Shown: positions 9,395 through 18,169 of the stretch, piece after piece
Layout: each line of letters starts with the position of its first letter
How positions within the stretch are numbered: the first letter of the stretch is position 1
Notes under the pieces: generated by a model
The model's database searches: none
What the model saw: the letters and a program-made list of their open reading frames with translations, nothing else
Told to the model about the DNA's origin: nothing
Assembly: GCA_965223665.1 (NCBI GenBank)
Contig: OZ245011.1
Span: 3,360,001 to 3,424,000 of the forward strand
Direction: 5' to 3'
Length of the DNA stretch: 64,000 bases
From: Nitrospinaceae bacterium
Lineage (GTDB): Bacteria; Nitrospinota; Nitrospinia; Nitrospinales; Nitrospinaceae
Position numbers and translations under genes: made by a program

Positions 9395-10438
9395 TCAATT
9401 TATGCAAACTTTTCTCATTTCGAGGAAGTTGTCTAAAACGGCACCAGCTCCTTTGACTATACTGGTAAGTGGCTCGGTAGGAACAAATGTTTTTAGGCAG
9501 GTAGTTTCTTCAACAAGTTTATCTAATCCGGGAATTAAAGCCCCTCCACCGGTAATATAAATTCCATTAGAAAAAATATCCGCAGAGAGTTCGGGGGGTG
9601 TTTTTTCCAGAGCTCTATGGACAACGGTTTGGATGGCGGTAATGGGTTCTTTCATGGCTTCACGGATTTCTTCATCATTAACTGTAATTGAGGTAGGAAC
9701 ACCAGTTTTAATGTTGAGACCTTTTACGTCAATATACTTTCTATCCATTAAGGGGTAAGCACTTCCTACTGCAATCTTAATGCGTTCAGCCTCAAAAATT
9801 CCAATACTTAATTGGTGCTCAATTCTCATATATCTAAGAATGGCCTCGTCCATTTCATCTCCTGCAACCCGAATTGATTCTCCATAAGCAATTGCAGACA
9901 AGGAAGTGATGGCCACATCAGTAGTTCCCCCACCGATATCAATAACCATATTACCTTCCGGCTTATGGACAGGAATTCCTACGCCAATGGCAGCGGCCAT
10001 AGGCTCCTCAACCAAATAAACCTCACGAACTCCAGAAAGAATGGCCGCATCGATTACAGCTTTCTTTTCAACTTGGGTAATACAAGTTGGAATTCCAACA
10101 ACCATCCTCGGCTTTATGACTCGAAATCGTTTTAAAACTTTTTCAATAAAATAACTGATCATTTTATTAGTAATTTCGAAGTCTGCAATTACTCCATCTT
10201 TCATTGGTCGAATGGTTTGTAAACGCGCATGGGTTCGACCAAACATTTTCTTTGCTTCAAGTCCAACAGCTTCCACATTACTGTTACCATTTCCGTTAGT
10301 GGATATAGCAACAATAGATGGTTCGTTTAATAAGATACCGTGATTTTTTACATAGATTAAAGTATTCGCCGTTCCAAGATCCATTGCGACATCTGCAGAA
10401 AATTTATCTAAAAGATTGGAAAAAAATTTTGGTATCAT
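9395..10438 (-). CDS. mreB: MreB-family actin-like rod shape-determining protein (probable paralog)
   Basis: DLGTANT, RPMKDGVIADF, EEPMAAAIG, DIGGGTTD, ITGGGALI. Confidence 0.93.
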   Translation of the reverse strand: MIPKFFSNLLDKFSADVAMDLGTANTLIYVKNHGILLNEPSIVAISTNGNGNSNVEAVGLEAKKMFGRTHARLQTIRPMKDGVIADFEITNKMISYFIEKVLKRFRVIKPRMVVGIPTCITQVEKKAVIDAAILSGVREVYLVEEPMAAAIGVGIPVHKPEGNMVIDIGGGTTDVAITSLSAIAYGESIRVAGDEMDEAILRYMRIEHQLSIGIFEAERIKIAVGSAYPLMDRKYIDVKGLNIKTGVPTSITVNDEEIREAMKEPITAIQTVVHRALEKTPPELSADIFSNGIYITGGGALIPGLDKLVEETTCLKTFVPTEPLTSIVKGAGAVLDNFLEMRKVCIN

Positions 10439-11850
10439 TCGGTTTCTTCCTTTGTATCAAATGCTCTCGACCTGGAAGCACTTATAAGCCCCTCTAGGTG
10501 TTTCCCGTCCTTAGGGTATCTGGCCAATCCCAATCGAATTTCTGGTTGAATAAGCTTGTCTCTTCCTAATAGGTTAGGGTTTTGGATGCCATCTTGCAAT
10601 AGAGTGTTTTGTATATCTAAAGATTCTTTGTCTTTTCCTGCTAATAAAATAATTAGTGTGTCTTCTGAAAATTTAAATATAAACTTGGGAAGGGCTAAGG
10701 ACTCGGAGGCTTGTGATACGATTTGATTGATTAAGCGATCACCCTGTTCAATACCATCAGCTTCATATATAGAATTTAAATTTTTGATATGAATTGTAAT
10801 TACGCAGATTGCATTATCCTTGAAGGCCTCTTTCTCAATGATATTGAGATGTTTTAATAGAAAACGGTAATTAGGAAGCCCAGAAATTTGACAATGATTT
10901 TTATCATTTTCCCACTGTTGAGTTATTTCTGAATAATCCAGCGCTTGGGCGCCTAAAGTGGTTAATAACATTAGTTTTTGCAGATCAGAATAATTCATTC
11001 CATCGGCTGACTTATGAGCACAAACCACTAAACCTTGTAATCCTTTTTTCCCAATCAGAGGTGATATGATTACGGATTCGAAAGGTTCTGGTTTTTCGTC
11101 TTTTACAAAGATGAATCGACCCGTTGACCAAGGATGATGTATTAGTTTGGCTTCTGAATTCTGTTGAAAAGACCCGCAAATGGATTCTCCCGATATAATG
11201 CAAAAAGATTTAACGGGTTGTTTCCAACCTTTGGCCTGGGTCACTCTTCCTGTACCATCACTTTTAAACCAAACCACTGCTAAGGCGTCAAAAGGGATGT
11301 GATTTTGAGAAGTTTGAAGAAATCTTTCAGCTAATGTTTTTCGATTGGGTGATTCGGCCAGATATTGACCCCATTCGATTAAAGATATCGGAGAAATTTC
11401 TTTTTGAAGATCTTGGTTAGGAAATTCATTTTCCTTTGTAAGGTGCCAAGCCATTTGCTCGGCTAATCCAGTCACCAGTTTTTGCATTTTTGTTGAAAAA
11501 CTATAACCCTCCTTGGAATCAACCACCAGAACCCCAATCAATCCATCGCGATTAATTGGAACAGCTAGAAAACATTTAAGATTCTCTTTATTCCCATATA
11601 TTTCTAAGGTGGGTGATGTTTCTAATGAAAAATCGAGTAATTTGGATTGTTTCTCCTCAGCAACTTGTCCAATGAGACCTTGTCCTAAATCTATAGCGAC
11701 ATCGGGTTTAAAGTTGGGGCTTAGGGATAGGTAATCTACAACCTTTAGTTGTTGTGAATGGGAATCGAGTTGAAATAAGGCCGTGGTATAGGCATCCGCA
11801 ATATTACTCGTAATTTCTATTAAATTTTTTAGCAGAGGATTTGAGGCCAT
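10435..11850 (-). CDS. Tandem GAF domains plus degenerate GGDEF domain
   Basis: GQGLIGQVAE...LAVPI....IGVLVVDS (GAF). C-terminal ISGLPNYR, GIEQGD, and KFSEDTL where RYGGDEF is expected. Confidence 0.8.
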   Translation of the reverse strand: MASNPLLKNLIEITSNIADAYTTALFQLDSHSQQLKVVDYLSLSPNFKPDVAIDLGQGLIGQVAEEKQSKLLDFSLETSPTLEIYGNKENLKCFLAVPINRDGLIGVLVVDSKEGYSFSTKMQKLVTGLAEQMAWHLTKENEFPNQDLQKEISPISLIEWGQYLAESPNRKTLAERFLQTSQNHIPFDALAVVWFKSDGTGRVTQAKGWKQPVKSFCIISGESICGSFQQNSEAKLIHHPWSTGRFIFVKDEKPEPFESVIISPLIGKKGLQGLVVCAHKSADGMNYSDLQKLMLLTTLGAQALDYSEITQQWENDKNHCQISGLPNYRFLLKHLNIIEKEAFKDNAICVITIHIKNLNSIYEADGIEQGDRLINQIVSQASESLALPKFIFKFSEDTLIILLAGKDKESLDIQNTLLQDGIQNPNLLGRDKLIQPEIRLGLARYPKDGKHLEGLISASRSRAFDTKEETE

Positions 11851-12130
11851 TCGTTAGAGGTTTTAATATAGTTGATTTTGGTAATTCATTAAGAAATAGT
11901 TGGGTGGGCCAAACCATCAAATTTGTATCAAGTAAAAAGGCAAGAATAGTAATTGGTTAAGCCAGGGTTAACTAAGAAACATAAGTCACCCAATGGACTT
12001 TTTATTTAAACTATGGGAAGTCTCCTTTCAATCTAATTATTTTAAAATCAGCAAGTTGTGGTGTCAATTTTATAAAATGAGTCAATTAATGTGATTTGAT
12101 TTAAACAACGATTTATTAATTGAAAACAGC

Positions 12131-12159
12131 TTGACAGAGAAGATTTCGATTTATATACT
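12131..12159 (+). promoter_or_regulatory. Sigma70 promoter for the tRNA pair
   Basis: TTGACA-N17-TATACT, about 40 nt upstream of tRNA-Val. Confidence 0.8.
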
Positions 12160-12200
12160 CCCTGATCTTTGATATAAGGGAACCAGCGGAAATTAAAGAT

Positions 12201-12276
12201 GGGCTGATAGCTCAGCTGGGAGAGCATCGGCCTTACAAGCCGAGGGTCACAGGTTCGAGCCCTGTTCAGCCCACCA
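12201..12276 (+). tRNA. tRNA-Val(TAC)
   Basis: Cloverleaf; anticodon arm TCGGC-CTTACAA-GCCGA, GGTTCGAG T-loop, encoded CCA. Confidence 0.97.
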
Positions 12277-12391
12277 TTTTTCCGAGAAACTTTTTTACCA
12301 AAGCATTTATTTTTACAAAGTAACTTTTACTAGTAAAATTTTTGCAGTTCATTTTTTTTAATTAGTAATTCCTGATTAGATTGAAACCAAC

Positions 12392-12468
<77 letters not shown>

Positions 12469-12473
12469 TTTAT

Positions 12474-12518
12474 AAACAAGCACCTAAAGGCAATTTCCTT
12501 TAGGTGCTTGTTTTTTTT
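12474..12518 (+). terminator. Rho-independent terminator of the tRNA operon
   Basis: Perfect 17-bp stem AAACAAGCACCTAAAGG / CCTTTAGGTGCTTGTTT, 6-nt loop, T-run. Confidence 0.9.
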
Positions 12519-12579
12519 GAATCTTTATTTCTAATTCCGAAAAATAAAGCTCCCGATCTCCCTCAAATATTTTTAATCC

Positions 12580-12606
12580 TGTCACGATTTTCCTTTCTGA
12601 TTCGTC
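12580..12606 (+). promoter_or_regulatory. ECF41 sigma factor target promoter
   Basis: TGTCACG-N16-CGTC against the known ECF41 motif TGTCACA-N16-CGTC, directly upstream of the AhpD-like/ECF41 pair. Confidence 0.75.
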
Positions 12607-12634
12607 TTAGATATATAATTTAAAGGAGGTTGAT

Positions 12635-13159
12635 ATGTTAAAGAAAATTGTGAAATGGTCTATTAGTAATTTTGAGAAAAAAACAAGATACAATGCAACT
12701 TATATGAAGGTAATGGCTGAATCTTCTTTATCTTTAGCCAGGCAGTTTTCAAAGTTTATTAAGTTAAATGGATATAAAAAGCATACCCCAGACGATATTA
12801 TGCAGATTGCTAAGATTACCGCTCTAAAAACAGAAGACTGCGGAACATGCTTACAGCTAAATATTGATTACGCACTTAAATCGGGAATGGCCAGGAAACA
12901 TATTATAAATACAATCCAAAGCCCAGAAAAATTACCTGCAAGCTTAAAACTTATTTATGATTTTTCTTATAAAACTTCCACCAATGCGCCGGATTTGGAA
13001 AATTATCGAAGCCAGGTTGAAAAAGAATATGGCATCGATATTTTAATTGAACTGGCAATGGCCATTGCGACTTCCAGGGTCTACCCTGCAATTAAAAGAG
13101 CAATGGGGTACTCAACTTCTTGTTCAGTAATGCAATTTAATTTTGGAGAAGGGCAGTAA
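12635..13159 (+). CDS. Carboxymuconolactone decarboxylase/AhpD-like protein
   Basis: EDCGTC CxxC motif; AAAGGAGG RBS; typical ECF41 partner position. Confidence 0.7.
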   Translation: MLKKIVKWSISNFEKKTRYNATYMKVMAESSLSLARQFSKFIKLNGYKKHTPDDIMQIAKITALKTEDCGTCLQLNIDYALKSGMARKHIINTIQSPEKLPASLKLIYDFSYKTSTNAPDLENYRSQVEKEYGIDILIELAMAIATSRVYPAIKRAMGYSTSCSVMQFNFGEGQ

Positions 13160-14053
13160 ATGCAAAATGATAGTTTGAATATTTTTTTGCAATATAAAAA
13201 TCCAATGATGGCTCTAGCATATAGAATGCTTGGATCCATATGTGAGGCTGAAGAAATAGTTCAAGATGCTTATATTAAGTGGCATGACCATGCAAAAGAA
13301 AATATTCATAATCCCAAAAGTTGGCTTTTAAAAGTTTGTAGCAATCTAGCATTGGACCGTTTAAAAAAATCGTATAAGAAAAGGGAGGAATATGTTGGCC
13401 CTTGGTTACCAGAACCCGTAGTTAATAAATTAGGTTATTGGGAAGAAGATCATTTAGAAAAGTCTGAAAGTCTTTCAATGGCTTTTTTACTTATATTGGA
13501 GAATCTAAATCCGATGGAAAGAGTGGTTTATCTTCTGCACGATATTTTTGGATACTCTTTCAAAGAAATAGGATCTATTGTTGATAGAAGTGATAGTCAT
13601 TGCAGAAAAATAGCGGAAAGGGCTCGAAAGTATATTCAAACCAACAAGCCTAAATTTGATACTCCTTCAAATCAAGATTTTAAAATTCTAGAAAAATTTT
13701 TTGAGAATGTTAAAAACGGAAAAATTAACAGGATTAAAGAATTATTTAGTGAGAACCTTGAGTTTTGGTCTGATGGAGGTGGTAAAGCCATTGCGCTGCC
13801 AAAAGTTATGGTAGATCCAGAGAAAATTGGCAAATTCTTTATTGGAATTCTTAAGCAGGGGTTTAGTAAAGAAGTCGAATTCAAAAATGAATTTACAACT
13901 ATAAATAATCGACCTGGTTTAATTTTTTCCAGTAAAACTAGAAAGACAGATTGGAAACTTGAGACAGTTTTTTCATTTGAGTTTGAAGAAGGAAAAATTT
14001 CAAGAATTTTCGCCGTGAGAAATCCAGATAAATTGAGTCTGAATAAAGTTTGA
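13160..14053 (+). CDS. ECF41 (SigJ-like) RNA polymerase sigma factor with SnoaL-like C-terminal extension
   Basis: AYRMLGS..EAEEIVQDA, YVGPWLPEP, SDGGGK, RNPDKL. Confidence 0.92.
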   Translation: MQNDSLNIFLQYKNPMMALAYRMLGSICEAEEIVQDAYIKWHDHAKENIHNPKSWLLKVCSNLALDRLKKSYKKREEYVGPWLPEPVVNKLGYWEEDHLEKSESLSMAFLLILENLNPMERVVYLLHDIFGYSFKEIGSIVDRSDSHCRKIAERARKYIQTNKPKFDTPSNQDFKILEKFFENVKNGKINRIKELFSENLEFWSDGGGKAIALPKVMVDPEKIGKFFIGILKQGFSKEVEFKNEFTTINNRPGLIFSSKTRKTDWKLETVFSFEFEEGKISRIFAVRNPDKLSLNKV

Positions 14054-14409
14054 TTCCCTTTGTATGCTAGAAAAAATGTAGCAAATAAATTAAAAAACCC
14101 CCTTTTATAACCCTTCCATAAATTTTAAATTTAGTGTATTTTACGTCAATAATTATAGATAGAGCCGATACGGGAGGGCAGTGTGCAACATCGTGGGGAT
14201 TTGTATGCTGGTTATCGGCCCTAAGTTTATTTTGAATTCCTCTACAAAAAAATATTATCTCACCCTTTATTACCTCTAATTCCTTTCTGCGGCATCTAAA
14301 TAAAAAATATTTTAATTTGAGCAGCAAACTTTTTCTTACCAGAATAAAAAATTAAGGGCGTTTAAGAATAATTAAAAATCGAGATTGATTTTGCTAGCCT
14401 ATCCAGCAC

Positions 14410-14976
14410 TTATAATCGATATTTTTGAATTAAGATTTTTGCGGCATTTTGTGCTTGTCTCGCAAATTTAGAAGAACCATTTATTTGAGACATAGTAATG
14501 GCTCCCTCTAGCAACAAAAGCAACTGTTCGGCAAGTTGTTTTGGTTTGCCAATTTTTGCCTGGGTTGCTAATCCAATAATATAATCCAGGACTAAACTTT
14601 TAAACTCTTTGCAAATATTTCGAATGGCGGTTCCTTGTTCTGGAAATTCACCCGCAGCGCCTACAAACAAGCAACCAAAATAATCTTTTTGATTGAACCA
14701 TTTTTCAGCCACCTCGAAAATAGCTATCAGTCTTTGTTGCGGAGATGTTGTTATTTTTTCCACTTCGCGCATAAAATTATTGCGAAACTCTTGGTCATAA
14801 TATCGAAGTACAGCTAAAATGAGTTCATCCTTAGATTTAAAATGATTGTAAAGCGTTCTTTTGGCAATCCCTGATTCCTTTAAAATTAAATCAATTCCTA
14901 CCGCATGAAAACCATACTGTGAAAATAGTTTGTGAGCAGTTTTAATTAGTTTTTCACGTTTTGAAGCTATAGCCAA
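14410..14976 (-). CDS. TetR-family transcriptional regulator (NemR-like)
   Basis: GFHAVGIDLILKESGIAKRTLYNHFKSKDELI; FGCLF motif in the ligand domain. Confidence 0.92.
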   Translation of the reverse strand: MAIASKREKLIKTAHKLFSQYGFHAVGIDLILKESGIAKRTLYNHFKSKDELILAVLRYYDQEFRNNFMREVEKITTSPQQRLIAIFEVAEKWFNQKDYFGCLFVGAAGEFPEQGTAIRNICKEFKSLVLDYIIGLATQAKIGKPKQLAEQLLLLLEGAITMSQINGSSKFARQAQNAAKILIQKYRL

Positions 14977-14995
14977 GATTTATGCCTCTCATTTC

Positions 14996-15129
14996 TATAC
15001 TAATCTGTTTTAAGTAAATTTAAAATAAATATAAATTTAGACCTTTATTTTAAATGAATTTTGAGACTTAACAAAAAAAACTTAAAAAAATCTGTAATGA
15101 AATCAAAATTTTTAATACTAATTTGTCTA
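14996..15129. promoter_or_regulatory. Two putative TetR operators in the divergent TetR/YHS intergenic region
   Basis: TATACTAATCTGTTTT (14996-15011) and AATACTAATTTGTCTA (15114-15129), related imperfect TAGAC-N6-GTCTA palindromes, one near each gene start. Confidence 0.45.
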
Positions 15130-15178
15130 CCTCGTTGCGAGAGACTTTTAAATTTATTTTAACGATAAGGAGTAGACA

Positions 15179-15697
15179 ATGAATTTTTCAACATTAAAAA
15201 CCAAATTAGTACCAATAATTACACTGATGATCGCTCTTATTTCCAATTTTGCTTTTGCCGGGCAAGGTGGAATGATGAATGGCGGAGCTATGACAAAAAT
15301 GGATTCTACTTCCATTTTGGAAACCAATATTGTGGGGGTTCAAGGTTATGATCTGGTTTCTTACCATAAAAATGAAAAGCCTCTTAAAGGTAATGGGAAC
15401 CACGTAGTTGAGCATCATGGAGTTACCTATTTGTTTATTAATAAAACTAATCAAGAAGAGTTTGCCAAAAACCCTCATAAATATTTACCTGCCTTTGGTG
15501 GTTATTGTGCTTATGGAGTGGCAGTAGGTAAAAAATTTGTGGGAGACCCAGACGTTTGGAGGATTGTGGACAATAAACTGTATTTAAATTTGGACAACAA
15601 AATACAAGGGATCTGGAATAAAGATATTTCCGGCAACATTCAAAAAGCAGAAGTAAATTGGACAAAAATTAAAAATAAAAAAGCTGCCGATCTTTGA
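15179..15697 (+). CDS. Exported YHS-domain protein
   Basis: Signal peptide (AFA), GYDLVSY, YLF....N...F..NP.KYLPAFGGYCAYG, W.IVDNKLYLN. Confidence 0.88.
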   Translation: MNFSTLKTKLVPIITLMIALISNFAFAGQGGMMNGGAMTKMDSTSILETNIVGVQGYDLVSYHKNEKPLKGNGNHVVEHHGVTYLFINKTNQEEFAKNPHKYLPAFGGYCAYGVAVGKKFVGDPDVWRIVDNKLYLNLDNKIQGIWNKDISGNIQKAEVNWTKIKNKKAADL

Positions 15698-15736
15698 TTT
15701 TTTATAATCCGTTGACCTTTGGTCTATAGGAAAAAA

Positions 15737-15785
15737 GGAGCTATAAGGTTAGAAATTGTAAATCTGTAGCTCCCTTTTCTTTTTT
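15737..15785 (+). terminator. Possible terminator between the YHS and P460 genes
   Basis: GGAGCTATA / TGTAGCTCC stem followed by a T-rich run; the loop is unusually large. Confidence 0.4.
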
Positions 15786-15833
15786 AATACAATTGGTTCG
15801 CATTCTAACACTCCGTTCATAAAGGGATCTAAA

Positions 15834-16448
15834 GTGAAATACTTTTCAAAGCTAATATTCATATCAGTTTTTTTCTGTTTGTACTTCAGTGTGATAGTTT
15901 CAGCCCAAAATAATACTCATACATCATTCGCACCCAATGTAAATTTAAAAACCGGGACAATTTCTGTTCCAAAGGATTATAACTTTTGGCCTGTTTTGGG
16001 GACTTGGTCCCATGCAATTGGGAAAGAAAAACCCGGGACGAAAGAATTTCATATCGTATACACTCAGCCTGAAACTATTGCTTATTATAAAAAGCACAGA
16101 AAGTTTCCAGATGGTGCTGTATTAGTTAAGGAACTTATTAATACTAAAACAATGTCCATGACTACCGGTCCATTTGTGAGTCATGCAACTACAATAAAAG
16201 GATGGTTTGTTTTAGTTCGAGATACTCAAAATCGGTTTCCAAATTCAAAGTTATGGGGCGAGGGCTGGGGATGGTCCTTCTTTAAGGGAGAAAATTCTGT
16301 TGAAACAGTTTCAAAGAATTATAAAGAAGATTGTCTTGGATGCCATTTACCTGCAAGGGATTTAGCTCCGGCTCAAGCAAATGATTCTGATAAATGGATT
16401 TACACCTTTGGGTATCCTTTTCTGAATAAAGAAAATGATAGCCCTTAA
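15834..16448 (+). CDS. Cytochrome P460-family periplasmic heme c protein
   Basis: Signal peptide, P.DY..W..LGT, FPDGAVLVKEL, GWGWSFF, C-terminal CLGCH, Y..GYPFL. Confidence 0.88.
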   Translation: MKYFSKLIFISVFFCLYFSVIVSAQNNTHTSFAPNVNLKTGTISVPKDYNFWPVLGTWSHAIGKEKPGTKEFHIVYTQPETIAYYKKHRKFPDGAVLVKELINTKTMSMTTGPFVSHATTIKGWFVLVRDTQNRFPNSKLWGEGWGWSFFKGENSVETVSKNYKEDCLGCHLPARDLAPAQANDSDKWIYTFGYPFLNKENDSP

Positions 16449-16511
16449 AAGCTTAAAAATGTATGAAGGGGGTTTGATAATTGGCCAGGTCAAACTTCCT
16501 TCAGCTTTTAT

Positions 16512-17531
16512 TTATTCTTGTTGATTTGCCAGGTCAAAAATTACTTTACTTAAACCTTGAACCACCAAGGCTAACTTTTCAAAGTCTACTTCGCCAATGG
16601 TATCGTCATAAGTGTGGTAATGTGGATAACGAAAGGGTGCTGTATCTGTTACCATAATTGCCGGATACCCTTCTTGCCAGAAAGACCAATGATCAGACCA
16701 GCCAACTCCTGGAATCCACCCAGGAATTATTCCGCCTTCTGAAGGAAATTGAGTATGTTTTCTAAAAAGTTCAACGGATAAAGTTACCAAATCTCTAGAG
16801 GAATGGTCGCCCACGAACGCTATAAAGTTCCCAGTGTCGGGGTAAAAATACTTTAAAGGAAAAGGATATTCCTGGCTGCCTTTTTCATCCGAATAATAAC
16901 CCATTGTTTCTAATGAAATCATCCCAACAATTTTTTCATTTTTTTCTTTCAATTTTTTGGAATAGACACGACTTCCCATTTCATCCGTTTGGAAAAAAGG
17001 AGGTTCCTCATTCACAAAGGCAACAAACCTTACACTTCTGGATGGAGGATTAGTTTTTAATACCCGGGCTAATTCTAATAGTGCGGCGACACCGGACCCA
17101 TTATCATTTGCTCCTAAAGAACCGTCTACGCTGTCATAATGTGCGCCAATAATTAATATTTCATCCGGCTTTGTGGTGCCAAGCAGGCGAGCTTCAATAT
17201 TTCTAAAAGGTTTTTCTCGGATTAGATATTCCTGAGTGGTTACAGAATAACCTAGAGATTGAAACTCTTCTGCAATGTATTTTTCTGAATTTTCCAGGTT
17301 TTTGTAATTCCAAAAATTTCTTTCTCCTATTACTTCAGTTAATTGTTCAACATGACGGGTGAGTCTATCCATTAATTTTTTTTCGATTGTTGTGAGATTA
17401 GGAAGGGTACCTGTATAGGATTCGCCCGGCATGTTTGTTTTGAATATCAATCCACAGGATTGTAAAGTAATGGCTATCCCACCGAGTAAACTAACGGTCA
17501 GGGTTTTTTTTAAGTTTTCACTCATACTCAT
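16512..17531 (-). CDS. M28-family metallo-aminopeptidase
   Basis: IGAHYDS, GANDNGSG, NEEP, ISLET, SDHWSF, YHT..D. Confidence 0.9.
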   Translation of the reverse strand: MSMSENLKKTLTVSLLGGIAITLQSCGLIFKTNMPGESYTGTLPNLTTIEKKLMDRLTRHVEQLTEVIGERNFWNYKNLENSEKYIAEEFQSLGYSVTTQEYLIREKPFRNIEARLLGTTKPDEILIIGAHYDSVDGSLGANDNGSGVAALLELARVLKTNPPSRSVRFVAFVNEEPPFFQTDEMGSRVYSKKLKEKNEKIVGMISLETMGYYSDEKGSQEYPFPLKYFYPDTGNFIAFVGDHSSRDLVTLSVELFRKHTQFPSEGGIIPGWIPGVGWSDHWSFWQEGYPAIMVTDTAPFRYPHYHTYDDTIGEVDFEKLALVVQGLSKVIFDLANQQE

Positions 17532-17621
17532 TTATTTCCAGGATCGAAAATTTATTAAATTCAACAAAGATTGAAGTGAAAAGTTAAAATTAATTTAGAT
17601 TAATCATTAAAAAGTTGTAAG

Positions 17622-18023
17622 TTACCAAAGCCCAAAAGATTCATCAGGAATAGTTGTTTCCTGGAATTCACCCTTAGCATTAATGGTTACTTTAATAACT
17701 CCTTCATCATATTTTGCTTCTGCAGTGGCCAGGAACTGTTCCTGAGTACCATTTAGGATGCTGTAATCCCATTTATTTGAAAGAGGAGCAGTCGCTAATT
17801 TTTTAGCAATTTTTAGGTTGCAAATTTCTTCAGAGGCTTTGTCATTGTTCCAATGGCCTTGGCAGCTATGGAAAATTTCTGTCAATGATTCACGTGCTTC
17901 AGAATTTGACGGAGGATTAATAGGGGTTTTAAATTTTTCATAAACTGGAATCCATAAAGCTCCAATGACCAATACTAAAATAAAGATTTTAAGGGGTTTT
18001 GAAAAATACAATGGTTCGCTCAA
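17622..18023 (-). CDS. Membrane-anchored hypothetical protein with pilin-like features
   Basis: TM helix ending IP.Y, amphipathic helix NSEARESL..I...C...W, two Cys, FLATA strand. Start codon uncertain (TTG). Confidence 0.5.
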   Translation of the reverse strand: MSEPLYFSKPLKIFILVLVIGALWIPVYEKFKTPINPPSNSEARESLTEIFHSCQGHWNNDKASEEICNLKIAKKLATAPLSNKWDYSILNGTQEQFLATAEAKYDEGVIKVTINAKGEFQETTIPDESFGLW

Positions 18024-18169
18024 TTGGAGGAAAAAGAAATTGATAGCGCTGAAAGCATAGAATAATTCAACTGAATTATAAACTCCTTTCCTTATATTAA
18101 CCCATAATTTGTTTTTTTATGTTCTCTTTGCTCCCAAGAAAATGAAAAATTGCTATTATTAAAACTATA

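Noticed and set aside
14160-14223. Group II intron domain V, integron attC or SRP RNA identity for the hairpin
   Set aside because: It starts GAGCCG but lacks the domain V GNRA loop and geometry, lacks RYYYAAC/GTTRRRY ends, and lacks the SRP GGAA loop motif.
14067-14327. 86-aa ORF spanning the GC-rich hairpin
   Set aside because: No convincing RBS, non-ATG start and low-information F/I/K-rich sequence; the hairpin explains the signal better.
15506-15508. Selenocysteine in the YHS protein
   Set aside because: The GGYCAYG position is encoded by TGT (Cys), not TGA.
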